Of a stretch of 64,000 bases of DNA, positions 26,846 through 37,584 are shown one piece after another; the stretch's first letter is position 1, and each line of letters begins with the position of its first letter. Both the position numbers and the translations under genes were made by a program. Location of the stretch: NCBI GenBank assembly GCA_963748625.1, contig CAVVJT010000010.1, positions 832,001-896,000 on the forward strand. Direction: 5' to 3'. This DNA is from an uncultured Chloroflexia bacterium. Lineage in GTDB: Bacteria; Chloroflexota; Limnocylindria; Limnocylindrales; CSP1-4. A model generated the notes under the pieces. That model saw only the letters and a list, made by a program, of their open reading frames with translations. It searched no databases and was not told the DNA's origin.

Positions 26846-28366
26846 TCAGGCGATGCCGGCCTTGTCCGCGACGCGCAGGGCCTGCGCGGCCACGGTCAGC
26901 GCCGGATTCTGGGCTGCCGACGACGGGAGGAACGAGGCGTCCATCACGTACAGGTTCGAGATGTCGTGCGAGCGGCAGAGCGGGTCGAGCACCGACGTGG
27001 CCGGGTCGTCACCGAACCGCAGGGTCCCGCACTGGTGCGCGATCGCATCGATGCCGAACCGCCGGGTCTGGATGACGGGATAGCCGGCGCGCTGCATCGC
27101 GCGCGACATCGCCTTGACGAGACGCTTGTGCGCTCCGACGTTGTTCGGCTTCCAGGCCATGATCGTGCGGCCCGAGGCGTCGAGGGCGATGCGGTTGTCC
27201 GGGTGCGGCAGGTCCTCGGTCATGAGGTACCAGTCCACGCTACGCCCGGAGATCTCCTTGAGCGCAGCCTTCGGCATCCAGGAGATGGACGCCGCGAGCA
27301 TGCCCGGCTGCAGCTTGCCCAGGAGCTGCGCATTGCCCATCGGCAGCCGCGACGAGTCGTCGCCGAAATACCAGTCGTTGACCGCGAGGGTCTTCTGGAA
27401 GACCGTCGTGTTCTGCTGGGGCCGCACGGCCAGCATGCCCGAGTTGACGTGCATCATGAACCCGCGCCCGACGAGGTCGGACGAGTTCGAGAGGCCGTTG
27501 GGGTGCGTGTCAGAGGCGGATCGCAGCAGCATCGCCGCCGAGTTGATCGCACTCATCGCGACCACGTAGGTCTTGGCGATCACCCGCTTGCGCTCACCGT
27601 TGTGGTCGATCTCCACGCTTGAGATCTGGCGGCCGGACGGATCCGTGCGCAGGACGACGGCGCGGGCGCCCGTCATCATGTCCACATCGGGCGACTCGAG
27701 GGCAGGCCGGACAACGCACGTCTCAGCGTCGCTCTTTGCGAGCACCTGGCATGGGAAACCGTCACAGGTCTTGCAGCGGATGCAGGTCCCGCCTTCCTGG
27801 ATGTCGATGCCCAGCTGCAGCGGGTACGGCCTCAGTCCCTGGTCGCGAAACTTCTCCGCAAGCTCGGCGATGACCGGCTCGTGCGCCACGGCGGGGAACG
27901 GATAGGGGCCGGAGCGCGGCGGCTCGATGGGGTCGGCGCCCATCTCCCCATGGACCTTGAAGATGCGCTCGGCCTCGGCGTAGTACGGCTCAAGCTCCTC
28001 GTATGTGATCGGCCACGCGGGCGAGACGCCGTCCTCGGTCTCAAGCACCCCGAAGTCCTCGCGGCGGAGGCGGGGCAGCGCGGCGCCGTACACCTTGGTG
28101 TTGCCACCGACGCCATACCAGAAGGCGGGCCGGAACAGCTTGCCGTCGCGGTCGAGAAACTGCTCGGTCGTGCGGTAGCGCTTGTTCTTGAAGACGGCCG
28201 TCGGGCTCCAGTTCTCGGGCTCGCGTGGAAGGATGCCGCCGCGCTCGAGGATGAGCACCTTGGCGCCCTTGTTGCGGAGCGCGTAGGCGAGGGTGCCACC
28301 ACCCATCCCACTGCCGATGATGACGATGTCGGCAGTGATGGTGGGTCCGTCCGTCTGCGAGGTCAT
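26846..28366 (-). CDS. GMC oxidoreductase, sugar/glycoside keto-forming dehydrogenase-like
   Basis: IIGSGMGGG, VGGNTKVYGA, Cys cluster CIRCKTCDGFPC, AHQCGTLRFG, QNPALT. Confidence 0.85.
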   Translation of the reverse strand: MTSQTDGPTITADIVIIGSGMGGGTLAYALRNKGAKVLILERGGILPREPENWSPTAVFKNKRYRTTEQFLDRDGKLFRPAFWYGVGGNTKVYGAALPRLRREDFGVLETEDGVSPAWPITYEELEPYYAEAERIFKVHGEMGADPIEPPRSGPYPFPAVAHEPVIAELAEKFRDQGLRPYPLQLGIDIQEGGTCIRCKTCDGFPCQVLAKSDAETCVVRPALESPDVDMMTGARAVVLRTDPSGRQISSVEIDHNGERKRVIAKTYVVAMSAINSAAMLLRSASDTHPNGLSNSSDLVGRGFMMHVNSGMLAVRPQQNTTVFQKTLAVNDWYFGDDSSRLPMGNAQLLGKLQPGMLAASISWMPKAALKEISGRSVDWYLMTEDLPHPDNRIALDASGRTIMAWKPNNVGAHKRLVKAMSRAMQRAGYPVIQTRRFGIDAIAHQCGTLRFGDDPATSVLDPLCRSHDISNLYVMDASFLPSSAAQNPALTVAAQALRVADKAGIA

Positions 28367-28618
28367 GTCGCGTCAGCCTTTCACCGAGCCCTGTCGGTCC
28401 GCGGATTGGCAGCGGCCGAGGTTCAGAGAGATGTGGTCACGGGCGACCCCGCGATCTGGTTGGCGGCCATCACGGCGACCTGCGGGCGCGGGGTGCGCGA
28501 GAGGGCGCCAGGGCGACGGTGACTGGCTGGTGCGTGCCGCGCGTGCGGCATCGGTCATGATCCAGCCGCTCTGTCGCGTTGTCTGGAGTCATGCGGCACT
28601 CATTGCGACATGGTGCTG

Positions 28619-28682
28619 ACCGTAGTCGGCGCGGTCGCTTGTGCCTACCCTCGCTTGTCGCAGATAGGTGGACAGGAATGAC
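28619..28682 (-). promoter_or_regulatory. GMC-GMC-afr-araC operon promoter: -10 TACGGT and putative AraC site
   Basis: GATAGGTGGACAGGAATG at 28663 lies 38 nt from the -10 box. Confidence 0.6.
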
Positions 28683-28783
28683 CTAACCGAGACCAGATCG
28701 CAACAATCGCGGATCAGCCCGGCGCAGCCTGCCGAGGCTGGCACCGAATGGCGCCAGCCTCGCCGCGCGGGACGACGCGCGGG

Positions 28784-29782
28784 TCAGACGGTTTCCCGGC
28801 GCCGCTTCCGGCTGAAGCTGTCGAGCCACAGGATCGCCACGATGATGAAGCCGAGGAAGAGGGTCGAGAGGTAGGACACCATCGAGTCGATGCGCAGCAT
28901 GTTGAACGAGTTCGTCAGCAGGCCGAGCAGGAGCAGCCCGATGGTGGACTTGATGGCCCCGCCGATGCCGCCCGCAACCGATGTGCCGCCGACGACGACG
29001 GCGCAGACGACGTACAGCGCCGTGCTGTCGCCCGCGATCGAGGACGCCGAGTTGAGCTGTGAGGCCAGCATGACGCCGCCGAGGGCCGCGGTCAGCCCGC
29101 AGATCAAGAAGGTCGCCGCCTTGGTCCGGCGGACGTTGATGCCCGAGTACTTCGCGACCTCGGGGTCGCCGCCGACCGCGTACACGTTGCGGCCGAAGGA
29201 GGTGCTCCGCAGCATCAGGTAGATGACGGCCAGCACGGCCAGCATCACGATGACCAGGAGCGGCACGGGTCCGAGGACCTTGAGGTTGGCGATGTCCGCG
29301 AACGCCGGGATCTGGCTCGCCACGGGCCGCGCGTTGGTCAGCTGCTGCCCGGCGCCGGTCAGGACGATGCCCATCCCCAGGGTGATGATGAAGGGCTCCG
29401 CCCGCTGGTAGACCGAGATGAGCGCGTTGACCGCCCCCACGGCGACGCCGATGAGGAGGGCGATCACGATGGCCACCGGGATCGGCACGCCCGCATTGAG
29501 CATCAGGACCACCGTCACGCCCGAGAACGCCATCATGGCGCCGATCGAGAGGTCGACGCCGCCGGCGATCAGCACGACCGTCTCGCCCATCGCGAGGATC
29601 AGGAAGATCGACGCGGACTTGAGGACATTGATGAAGTTGGCCTCGGAGAAGAAGTTGGTCTTCGTCTCCGGGTTCAGGTTGGCCAGGGCCATCACGAGGA
29701 TGACGAGCAGGATCGCCAGGAACGCCTTCTGGACGCCCAGGCCCTTCCTCGCGGCTCCGTAGATCCGTGTGTTCGCGCTCAT
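28784..29782 (-). CDS. Monosaccharide ABC transporter permease (RbsC family)
   Basis: GGVDLSIG, FGRNVYAVGGDPEVAKYSGI, VVVGGTS. Confidence 0.95.
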   Translation of the reverse strand: MSANTRIYGAARKGLGVQKAFLAILLVILVMALANLNPETKTNFFSEANFINVLKSASIFLILAMGETVVLIAGGVDLSIGAMMAFSGVTVVLMLNAGVPIPVAIVIALLIGVAVGAVNALISVYQRAEPFIITLGMGIVLTGAGQQLTNARPVASQIPAFADIANLKVLGPVPLLVIVMLAVLAVIYLMLRSTSFGRNVYAVGGDPEVAKYSGINVRRTKAATFLICGLTAALGGVMLASQLNSASSIAGDSTALYVVCAVVVGGTSVAGGIGGAIKSTIGLLLLGLLTNSFNMLRIDSMVSYLSTLFLGFIIVAILWLDSFSRKRRRETV

Positions 29783-29785
29783 CGG

Positions 29786-30790
29786 CTAGCCCCTCACTCG
29801 CGCTTGCTTCACGGTGTCGAGCCAGATCACGACGATCAGGATGATCCCCCAGATCATGAACTGGATGTAGGACGAGACGCCAAGCAGGTTGAGACAGTTG
29901 TTCAGGAGCACCAGCAGGAAGACCCCGACGACCGTCCACAGGACGCTGCCGCGGCCCCCGGCCAGCGCCGTGCCGCCCACGACGACCGCGAGGATCGCCT
30001 GTGTCATGTACGGCGTTCCCATCGTGGGATCGGCCAGCGTGACTCGCGAGACGAGGACCACGGCGCCGATCGCCGACAGGAGGCCCGAGATCGCGTAGAT
30101 CATCACGATCGTCTTGCTGATGGGAACGCCGGCCAGGCGGGCCGCCGTCTTGTTGCCGCCCGTGAGGACGACCGCGCGTCCCATGTACATCCGTCTCTCG
30201 ATGACCAGGAGGATCGCGCCGCAGACGATGGCGATGGCGGTGAAGACCGACACGGGCCCGATGGTGCCCGAGTTGATCGCGTTGAAGATCGAGATGTCGG
30301 TCTGGGAGTACGTCAGGAACTGCGTGACGCCCTGGACGTACATCAGCGCCACGGCGCCGTAGACCAGGCTCATGCCGTAGGTGATGAACAGCGCCTCCGC
30401 CTGGGTCAGCGCACCGCTCGAGAGGATCAGCCCGCTGTTGACGAGGCCGCACAGCAGGCCGACGCCCACGCCGATGAGGATGGCCGGGCCCTGGCCCACC
30501 TTGTCGATCATGGTGACCGTCACCACGGCCACGAGCGAGATGATCCCGCCGATCGAGAGGTCGATGAACCCGGCCATGATCACGAAGGTCATGCCGAGGG
30601 CGGCGAAGATGAGCGTCCCGGACGACAGGATGATGTTGTTGAAGTTCGACGCGGTCAGGAACTTGGGTTCGACGATCGAGGTGACCACCACGAGGCCCAC
30701 GATCGCCACGTAGATGGGGTTGTCCCGCAGGAAGTTGACGATCGTGTGGGGGATGGACCGGCGTGCGACGGGTTGTGTCGTTGCGCTCAT
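29786..30790 (-). CDS. Monosaccharide ABC transporter permease (RbsC family)
   Basis: GFIDLSIG, GGNKTAARLAGV, AVVVGGTALAGGRG. Confidence 0.95.
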   Translation of the reverse strand: MSATTQPVARRSIPHTIVNFLRDNPIYVAIVGLVVVTSIVEPKFLTASNFNNIILSSGTLIFAALGMTFVIMAGFIDLSIGGIISLVAVVTVTMIDKVGQGPAILIGVGVGLLCGLVNSGLILSSGALTQAEALFITYGMSLVYGAVALMYVQGVTQFLTYSQTDISIFNAINSGTIGPVSVFTAIAIVCGAILLVIERRMYMGRAVVLTGGNKTAARLAGVPISKTIVMIYAISGLLSAIGAVVLVSRVTLADPTMGTPYMTQAILAVVVGGTALAGGRGSVLWTVVGVFLLVLLNNCLNLLGVSSYIQFMIWGIILIVVIWLDTVKQARVRG

Positions 30791-32277
30791 GCGAACTCGA
30801 AGGCCTTCGCCATGATCTCGTCGGCCGAGGCGACCGCGGGGTCGAACTCGCCGTTGACCCGGCCATCACAGATCGTGTTGACCCGGTTGCTCATGTGGAG
30901 CACCTCCGGCAGCTCCGAGGAGATCAGGATGATCGACCCTCCGTCCTCGACGATCTTCTTCATCAGCATGTAGATCTCGTACTTCGCCCCGACGTCGATA
31001 CCCCTGGTGGGCTCGTCGAGGATCAGGATGCGGGGCTTCATCTCGAGCCAGCGGCCAAGGATCGCCTTCTGCTGGTTGCCGCCCGAGAGCGTCCTGATCC
31101 TGGTCTTGCCCGACGGCGTCTTGACGTTGAGGGCCTTGATCTGGCGGTCGCTGACCTCGCCCTCCGCATTGGAATCGATGAAGCCGCCCCGCGTGAGATG
31201 GCGCAGGACTGCCAGCGAGATGTTCTGCTCCACGGAGAACCCGAGCAGCAGGCCCTGGAGCTTGCGGTCCTCCGGGACCATCGCGAGGCCCAGGTTGATG
31301 GCGTCGATGGGGTTGTGGATCTGGACCGGCTTGCCGTCGAGGTAGACGCTCTTCTTGCGGACCTTGTCAGCGCCGAACAGGGCCCGCACGAGCTCCGTCC
31401 GCCCGGAGCCCACGAGACCCACCAGACCCAGGATCTCGCCCTTCCGCAAGGTGAGCTGGACGTCCTTCAGCTTCCGGGTGCTGATGTTCTTGATCTCGAG
31501 GATCGGCTCGCCCGCGCTCTCCGGCCGCGGCGGGTACTCGTTCTCGATGGTCCGCCCGACCATCATCGCGATCATCTCGTTGCGGGTCAGCTCGCTCACG
31601 GGCTTGGTGTCGATGACGCGTCCGTCGCGCATGACGGTGACCTTGTCGCAGAAGCCGAAGATCTCGTCGAGCTTGTGGCTGATGTAGATGATCGCGATGC
31701 CCTTGGCCTTGAGGTCCGCGATGATCTTGACGAGCTTGTCCATCTCGTCCTGGGTGAGGCTGGAGCTGGGCTCGTCCATGATGATGAGCTTCGAGTCGAA
31801 CGAGAGCGCCTTCGCGATCTCGACCATCTGCTTGTCCGAGACGCTGAGCTCCGAGACCATCTTGTGGGTGCTGACCTTGCACCCGATGCTGTCCAGCAGG
31901 TTGCGTGCCTTGGCGTGCACGCCGCGCCGTCCGCCCGACTCGCTGAACCGGCCGAGGAAGACGTTCTCGCCGACCGTCATCGTGTTCACCAGGTTCAGCT
32001 CCTGGTAGATGATGGCCAGCCCCATGTGCATCGATTCATTGGGCGTGATCTTCTCGATCTGGCGCCCCTCGTAGATGACCTCCCCGCTGTCCTTCTCGTA
32101 GACCCCGGACAGGATCTTCATCAGGGTGGACTTGCCGGCCCCGTTCTCGCCCACGATCCCGTGGACGAGGCCGCCGGTGACCTCCAGCGAGATGTGATCA
32201 AGCGCCTTGACGCCCGGGAACTCCTTGCTCACGTCCCTGATGGTGAGCAAGGGTTGCGGGGTGCTCCCCACGACCAT
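30787..32277 (-). CDS. Monosaccharide ABC transporter ATP-binding protein (RbsA/MglA type)
   Basis: GENGAGKST, LSGGNQQK, DEPTRGIDVGAK. Confidence 0.95.
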   Translation of the reverse strand: MVVGSTPQPLLTIRDVSKEFPGVKALDHISLEVTGGLVHGIVGENGAGKSTLMKILSGVYEKDSGEVIYEGRQIEKITPNESMHMGLAIIYQELNLVNTMTVGENVFLGRFSESGGRRGVHAKARNLLDSIGCKVSTHKMVSELSVSDKQMVEIAKALSFDSKLIIMDEPSSSLTQDEMDKLVKIIADLKAKGIAIIYISHKLDEIFGFCDKVTVMRDGRVIDTKPVSELTRNEMIAMMVGRTIENEYPPRPESAGEPILEIKNISTRKLKDVQLTLRKGEILGLVGLVGSGRTELVRALFGADKVRKKSVYLDGKPVQIHNPIDAINLGLAMVPEDRKLQGLLLGFSVEQNISLAVLRHLTRGGFIDSNAEGEVSDRQIKALNVKTPSGKTRIRTLSGGNQQKAILGRWLEMKPRILILDEPTRGIDVGAKYEIYMLMKKIVEDGGSIILISSELPEVLHMSNRVNTICDGRVNGEFDPAVASADEIMAKAFEFA

Positions 32278-32370
32278 CCACGTCTCCTCTGTGACCGGCC
32301 GCCGATGCTGTGCGAGGTGCTAGACCTCACGCCCGGGGACCGGGCGTGAGGTCTCAGTCAGGTCAGCGAT

Positions 32371-33429
32371 TTACCACTCGGGAGCGGTGAAGTTCCCGAT
32401 GGTGTCCTTGCTGATGATGTCGAACGGGATGATGTTCTCCTTCACCGCAGCGGCGTCCTTGTCCAGGAAGAGCTTGGACTCCTCCATGACCTTGGACGTG
32501 ATCGTCTCGGCGTTCTGCGCGATGGAGATGTAGTTCGGCCAGCTCTCGACCTGCTGGAAGCCGGTCTTGTTGCCGTCGACGCCGATGATCATGACCTTGT
32601 TGGCCCAATCCTCGTTGACGGCCTTCAGGGCGTTGATGACGCCGGTGGCGCCGTTGTCCCAGTGGGTGAAGATGAACTGGATCTCGTCACCGTACTTGGT
32701 GATCATGTCCTGGGCGATGGCCTGGGCCTCGGCGGTGTCCCACGCAGACGGGTTCTGGTAGTCCATCACCTCGATGTTCTTGCCCTTGATGCCCTCGGTG
32801 AAACCGGTGTGGCGGTTGGTCGCCGCGACGTGGCCGGCCTGGCCGCCGATCTCGACGCCCTTGGCGCCGTCCGGGAAGGCCGCGATGATCGCCTCCGCCG
32901 CGGTGTTGCCACCCTTGATGTCATCGACGCTGACGGAGCAGTTGGAGCCGTCGATCGCCTCGGCCGCCGCCGGGACCATGCTCAGGCAGACCACGACGCC
33001 CGCATCCATCGCGGCCTTGGTGGCCGGGACGTAGCCGACTGCGTCGACCGGGTTGATGGCGATGGCGTTGGTGCCCTGCGCAACGGCGTCGTTGATGCAG
33101 GTGTTCTGCTGCTGGACGTCGCCCTTGTTGTCGCAGACCGCGACGTTCCAGCCGTACTGCTCGGCGTTCTTCTGGTACATCTTCCAGGAGAAGGCCTGCG
33201 ACGGGTTGTCGATCTGGGCGATGAACGTCAAGGTCGGCTTCTCGCCGGTGCCTGCGTCAGTCGCTGCGGGGGCTTCGGTTGCCGCCGGGGCGGTGGTCGC
33301 GGCCGGAGCCTCGGTGCCTGCGGCCGGGGCCGTCGTGGCGGTGCTGCCGCCGCAGGCGGCCACCAGGATCGCTGCCACCGACAGGGTGGCCAGCGTGATT
33401 CGAGTGCGGTTCAAGTTTGCTCTCCTCAC
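32371..33429 (-). CDS. Sugar ABC substrate-binding lipoprotein (type I PBP)
   Basis: Lipobox LVAAC, Ala/Thr/Pro linker, AIAINPVD, IIGVDG. Confidence 0.9.
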   Translation of the reverse strand: MRRANLNRTRITLATLSVAAILVAACGGSTATTAPAAGTEAPAATTAPAATEAPAATDAGTGEKPTLTFIAQIDNPSQAFSWKMYQKNAEQYGWNVAVCDNKGDVQQQNTCINDAVAQGTNAIAINPVDAVGYVPATKAAMDAGVVVCLSMVPAAAEAIDGSNCSVSVDDIKGGNTAAEAIIAAFPDGAKGVEIGGQAGHVAATNRHTGFTEGIKGKNIEVMDYQNPSAWDTAEAQAIAQDMITKYGDEIQFIFTHWDNGATGVINALKAVNEDWANKVMIIGVDGNKTGFQQVESWPNYISIAQNAETITSKVMEESKLFLDKDAAAVKENIIPFDIISKDTIGNFTAPEW

Positions 33430-33691
33430 TTCTAGGTCTCTACTCGCGCGGTCCTGATCTCAACAGTGACCACGGATGAGCCAAGGACTTGCTGTCGCCT
33501 TCAGGCACCTCCTAGCGTGTAGGCGATGCCACTATCGATACAGACCGGATCGGCCGGTCGCCGCTCGGGATGGCGCGTTCGCGCCTTGGACAAGCGTGAC
33601 GGCTCCCTCAGCGTCTCCCCGCTCCAGCGCGGATAGTAATCCGGTTGGCGCGACGAGGCCATCGTCGCGAAGTCTACGGAGTTCTGGCCCA

Positions 33692-34477
33692 TCATGTCCC
33701 CCCGAACCGGGGTGGGCGACGCTCCCGGAAGCTGGCGAGCCCTTCGCCCGCGTCGTCGGTGAAGGCCGTGAGGCCGCTGCCCAGCGCCTCGAGCGATGCC
33801 GGCACGCGCGGCCGGAGGCCGTCGACCAGCTGCTTAGCGACCTGCACGGCAACCGGCGCCTGGCCTGCGATGCGGAGCGCCATCTGCTGCGTGGCGTCCC
33901 GGAGGTCAGCCGCGGTCACGACCTCGGACAGGATCCCCCAGGCCTCGGCCCGGGGCGCCTCCACGGGCAGACCGGTCAGGATCATCTGCTTCGCGCGCGC
34001 CGGCCCGGCCAGCACGGCGAGCCGGGTCGTCATGCCCCAGCCGGGGATCGTCCCGATGCCGGTCTCAGGCGCCGCGATCTTGACGGTGTCCGCGGCGATT
34101 CGCAGGTCGCACGCGAGCGCCAGCTCGAGACCGCCGCCGTAGGCGATCCCGTTGAGCGAGGCGATCGTGGGCTGGCGCAGCCCGTCGAGCCGATCGATCA
34201 CGCGGTGCCCCAGCCGCACCCAGTGGCGCCACATGTCGATCGGGGCGAGTGACGCCCAGGCGTTGATGTCGGCGCCGGCGCAGAACGCTCGCTCACCCGC
34301 GCCCGTGACCACGACCACGCGAACCGAATCGTCCGCCTCGATGACGTTCAGCATCGACTCGAGACCCTCGAGCATCCCGGGGGTGATGGCGTTGAGCTTC
34401 TCGGGGCGGTCGAGCGTGACCGTGGCGATCGGCCCATCGATGTCGAGGCGCAGGCCGGGGGTCTCCGGGAGGCTCAT
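33692..34477 (-). CDS. Enoyl-CoA hydratase/dehydratase (crotonase family)
   Basis: RPEKLNAI, AFCAGADI, YGGGLELALACD, APETGIG; both catalytic Glu are present. Confidence 0.9.
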   Translation of the reverse strand: MSLPETPGLRLDIDGPIATVTLDRPEKLNAITPGMLEGLESMLNVIEADDSVRVVVVTGAGERAFCAGADINAWASLAPIDMWRHWVRLGHRVIDRLDGLRQPTIASLNGIAYGGGLELALACDLRIAADTVKIAAPETGIGTIPGWGMTTRLAVLAGPARAKQMILTGLPVEAPRAEAWGILSEVVTAADLRDATQQMALRIAGQAPVAVQVAKQLVDGLRPRVPASLEALGSGLTAFTDDAGEGLASFRERRPPRFGGT

Positions 34478-36066
34478 GCACCACGCTCCGCGAGCCGCAG
34501 CCCGATCGGGCCCGGCGCGAAGAGGCTCGGGTGCATCTGGCGCAGGTCCGGGCTGATCCGCAGCTCCAGTGCCGTCTGCCCCAGGATGTCGCGCTCCACC
34601 GAGATGCCAGGGGCGATCTCCGTGACCGTCAGCCCCTCGGGGAGCAACCGGATCACGCAGCGCTCCGTCACGAACACCACCTCCTGGCCGAGCTCCCGGG
34701 CCCGGCGGCCGCTGAAGGTGACGTGCTGGACCTCGGGCACGAACCGCTGGTGCTTGCCCTCCCGGAGGATGCGCACGTGCCCATCCTCGATGGCGATCTG
34801 GGCGCCCGCGGTGAAGTAGCCCGAGAAGACAAGGCGCTTGGCACGGGCGGTGATGTCCACGAAACCGCCGACACCCGCGGTGACGTGCGGGCGGGCAGCC
34901 AGGCGCGAGACGTTCACGTTGCCGTCCGCATCGACCTCGAGGAACGAGAGCATGGCCCGGTCGAAGCCGCCGCCCTGGAGGTACTGGAACTGGTCGGGTG
35001 ACGGCATGAGCGCGTCGGGGTTCTGGGCACAACCGAAGGCGAAGCCAAGGAAGGGCACGCCGCCGACGGCGCCTTGCTCGATCACCCACGTGACGGCGCC
35101 GTCGAGACCCTCCTCGAGGAGGATGCGAGGAACCAGCGCCGAGATGCCGAACCCGAGATTCACGGCCTCGCCGTCGCGCAGCTCCATCGCCGCCCGTCGG
35201 GCGATGACCTTCTCCGGTCCCCACTCGGCGAGTTCGAGCGAGGAGGTCGGCGCACGGTAGTGGCCCGCCGCCTCGGGGAGGAGCTCGGTCTGCGTCGTCT
35301 GGAGCTGGTCCGGCGCAACCACGACCGCATCGACCACGATGCCTGGCACGCGGACGGCCTGCGCAGGGAGCGTCCGGCCCTTGGCGAGTCGCTTGACCTG
35401 GGCAATGACCAGCCCACCGTTGTTGTGCGCGGCCAGCGCCTGGTCAAGGACGCCAAGGGGCGCGCCCTCGTCCTCACAGGTGAGATTGCCGTATTCGTCG
35501 GCGGTGGTTGCCCGGATGATCGCAACATCCACCGGGATGGCGCGCAGGTAGAGCCACTCACGCCCGTCGAAATCGACGACCGAGACGATGTCCTCGGTTG
35601 TCCTGCTGTTCATCCGCCCGCCGTGACGCCGGGGGTCCATGAACGTGTCCTTGCCCACCTCGGTGAGCACGCCAGGCTGCCCGACAGCGGCGGCACGGTG
35701 GAGCTGGAACAGGATCCCGGACGGGATGTTGTAGGCCTCGATCTCGTTGGCCTCGATCGCACTCACGATCTTGGGGGGTGTCGCTGACGAGGGGCCGCTG
35801 GGGTAGGAGCCGGCGATCACGCGGCGGATCTGGCCGGGTGCCGTCAGGTGGTCGATCCCGTCCACGCCGTACATGTCGCCCGCGGCGATCGGGTGGAGGA
35901 GCGTCAGGTCCCCGCCCTCGCCGGTGGCCGTGTAGCGCTCGCCGAGGGCGCGCAGGACCGCATCGGGGCAGCCGAGGCCGCTCGACGAGCTGACCGACAC
36001 GGTCGCCCCCGTCGGGATGCGCCCGACGGCCTCGGCCGCCGACAGGACCGGTACGAGGCGACTCAC
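34474..36066 (-). CDS. Family I acyl-CoA transferase (YdiF/propionate CoA-transferase-like, fused alpha-beta)
   Basis: GKDTFMDPR, VNLGFGI, catalytic-Glu motif IEQGAVGG, GVGGFVDIT, VTERCV; the GTG start overlaps the ALDH stop. Confidence 0.9.
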   Translation of the reverse strand: MSRLVPVLSAAEAVGRIPTGATVSVSSSSGLGCPDAVLRALGERYTATGEGGDLTLLHPIAAGDMYGVDGIDHLTAPGQIRRVIAGSYPSGPSSATPPKIVSAIEANEIEAYNIPSGILFQLHRAAAVGQPGVLTEVGKDTFMDPRRHGGRMNSRTTEDIVSVVDFDGREWLYLRAIPVDVAIIRATTADEYGNLTCEDEGAPLGVLDQALAAHNNGGLVIAQVKRLAKGRTLPAQAVRVPGIVVDAVVVAPDQLQTTQTELLPEAAGHYRAPTSSLELAEWGPEKVIARRAAMELRDGEAVNLGFGISALVPRILLEEGLDGAVTWVIEQGAVGGVPFLGFAFGCAQNPDALMPSPDQFQYLQGGGFDRAMLSFLEVDADGNVNVSRLAARPHVTAGVGGFVDITARAKRLVFSGYFTAGAQIAIEDGHVRILREGKHQRFVPEVQHVTFSGRRARELGQEVVFVTERCVIRLLPEGLTVTEIAPGISVERDILGQTALELRISPDLRQMHPSLFAPGPIGLRLAERGA

Positions 36067-37565
36067 CGCGACGCGGCCCCGGGGCGCGGCATCCACCACG
36101 ACGTGCGCGGGCCCAGGTGCATCTGCACCGACTTCAGCTCCGTGAAGGCGTCAATGCTGAACCGCCCGAACTCGCGCCCGATCCCGCTCTCCTTGTAGCC
36201 GCCGAAGGGGAGCTCCGGGTACCCGTCCAGGAACGTGTTGACCCAGATGGTGCCGGCGCGGATGGCGCGGCTCATGCCGATGGCCGTGTCGAGGTCGCGT
36301 GTCCAGACGCCTGCGGACAGCCCGAACGGGGTGGCGTTGGCGATCCGTGCCGCCTCCTCGGGCGTGTCGAACGTCAGCACCGACAGGACGGGGCCGAAGA
36401 TCTCCTCGCGGGCGATCCGCATCGACGGCTCCACGCCCGAGAACACGGTGGGCGCCATGAAGCGGCCGCATTCGGTGTCGAGGCGGCCGCCGCCCAGGAG
36501 CAGGTCGGCGCCCTCGGCGCGGCCGGAGTCCACGAGCTCGACGATCTTGGCGAACTGCTCGTCGGTCGCGATGGCCCCGACCTTGGTCGCAGGATCGAGG
36601 GGGTCGCCGACGGGAACGGTCTGGGACCGCTCCACGACCCGGGCGACGAACTCGTCTGCGATCGAACGCTGCACGAGCAGGCGGCTGCCGCTGTTGCAGC
36701 ACTCGCCCATGTTGAAGTAGACGCCGTAGACAACCGCGTCCAGGGCGGCCTCCAGGTCGGCGTCGGCGAAGACGAGCTGGGGGTTCTTGCCCCCGAGCTC
36801 CAGCTCGACCTTCTTGAGGTTGCTCTTGGAGGCATCGATCACCCGCCGGCCGACATCGGTCGATCCGGTGAAGCTGATCATGTCGACGTCCGGGTGGGCC
36901 GCCAGCGGCGTGCCGATCACCCGTCCTGAGCCGGTGACGACGTTCAGCACGCCGTCCGGGAGCCCGGCCTCCTGGGCCATCTGGGCGAGGCGCAGGGTGG
37001 TCCCCGGCGTGATCTCCGCCGGCTTGACGACGGCCGTGCAGCCCACGGCGAGGGCGAATGGCAGCTTCTGGCTGATGATCAGCAGCGGGAAGTTCCAGGG
37101 GGTGATCATCCCCACCACGCCGACCGGCTCCCGCAGCACCATCCCGAACATCGAGGAGCCCAGGGTGTTGTACGTGTCGCCGTACGTGTGGCGGCACAGC
37201 GTGGAGGCGTACTCCCAGAGGTCGGCGGACGACAGGATCTCGTCGCGCGCCTGGGTCACGGGCTTGCCGCTCTCGAGCGCCTCGACGTAGGCGAGGTCGT
37301 CCGCGTTGGCACGGATGGCCTCGGCGATGCGGTTGAGGATCCGGGCGCGCTCGACGCCGGGCATCATCGGCCACGGGCCCTCGTCGAACGCACGCCGCGC
37401 CGCGGCGACGGCTCGTTCGAGGTCCACCACACCGGCCCTCGGGTAGCGGCCCACCACGACGTCGTGCGCCGGGCTCATCCGCTCGAAGGTGTCGCCATCG
37501 GCAGCGCCGACCCACGTGCCGTCGATGAGGTTCTGGTAGTCGCGGGCGGTGATCGCCGAAGTCAC
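36063..37565 (-). CDS. NAD(P)-dependent aldehyde dehydrogenase (L-sorbosone dehydrogenase-like)
   Basis: ITPWNFP, SFTGST, LELGGKNP, MGECCNSGSR, EEIFGPV; RMSPAHDV and GDTYNTLG resemble the SNDH subfamily. Confidence 0.9.
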   Translation of the reverse strand: MTSAITARDYQNLIDGTWVGAADGDTFERMSPAHDVVVGRYPRAGVVDLERAVAAARRAFDEGPWPMMPGVERARILNRIAEAIRANADDLAYVEALESGKPVTQARDEILSSADLWEYASTLCRHTYGDTYNTLGSSMFGMVLREPVGVVGMITPWNFPLLIISQKLPFALAVGCTAVVKPAEITPGTTLRLAQMAQEAGLPDGVLNVVTGSGRVIGTPLAAHPDVDMISFTGSTDVGRRVIDASKSNLKKVELELGGKNPQLVFADADLEAALDAVVYGVYFNMGECCNSGSRLLVQRSIADEFVARVVERSQTVPVGDPLDPATKVGAIATDEQFAKIVELVDSGRAEGADLLLGGGRLDTECGRFMAPTVFSGVEPSMRIAREEIFGPVLSVLTFDTPEEAARIANATPFGLSAGVWTRDLDTAIGMSRAIRAGTIWVNTFLDGYPELPFGGYKESGIGREFGRFSIDAFTELKSVQMHLGPRTSWWMPRPGAASR

Positions 37566-37584
37566 GAGTGGATGCTCCTTGTGG

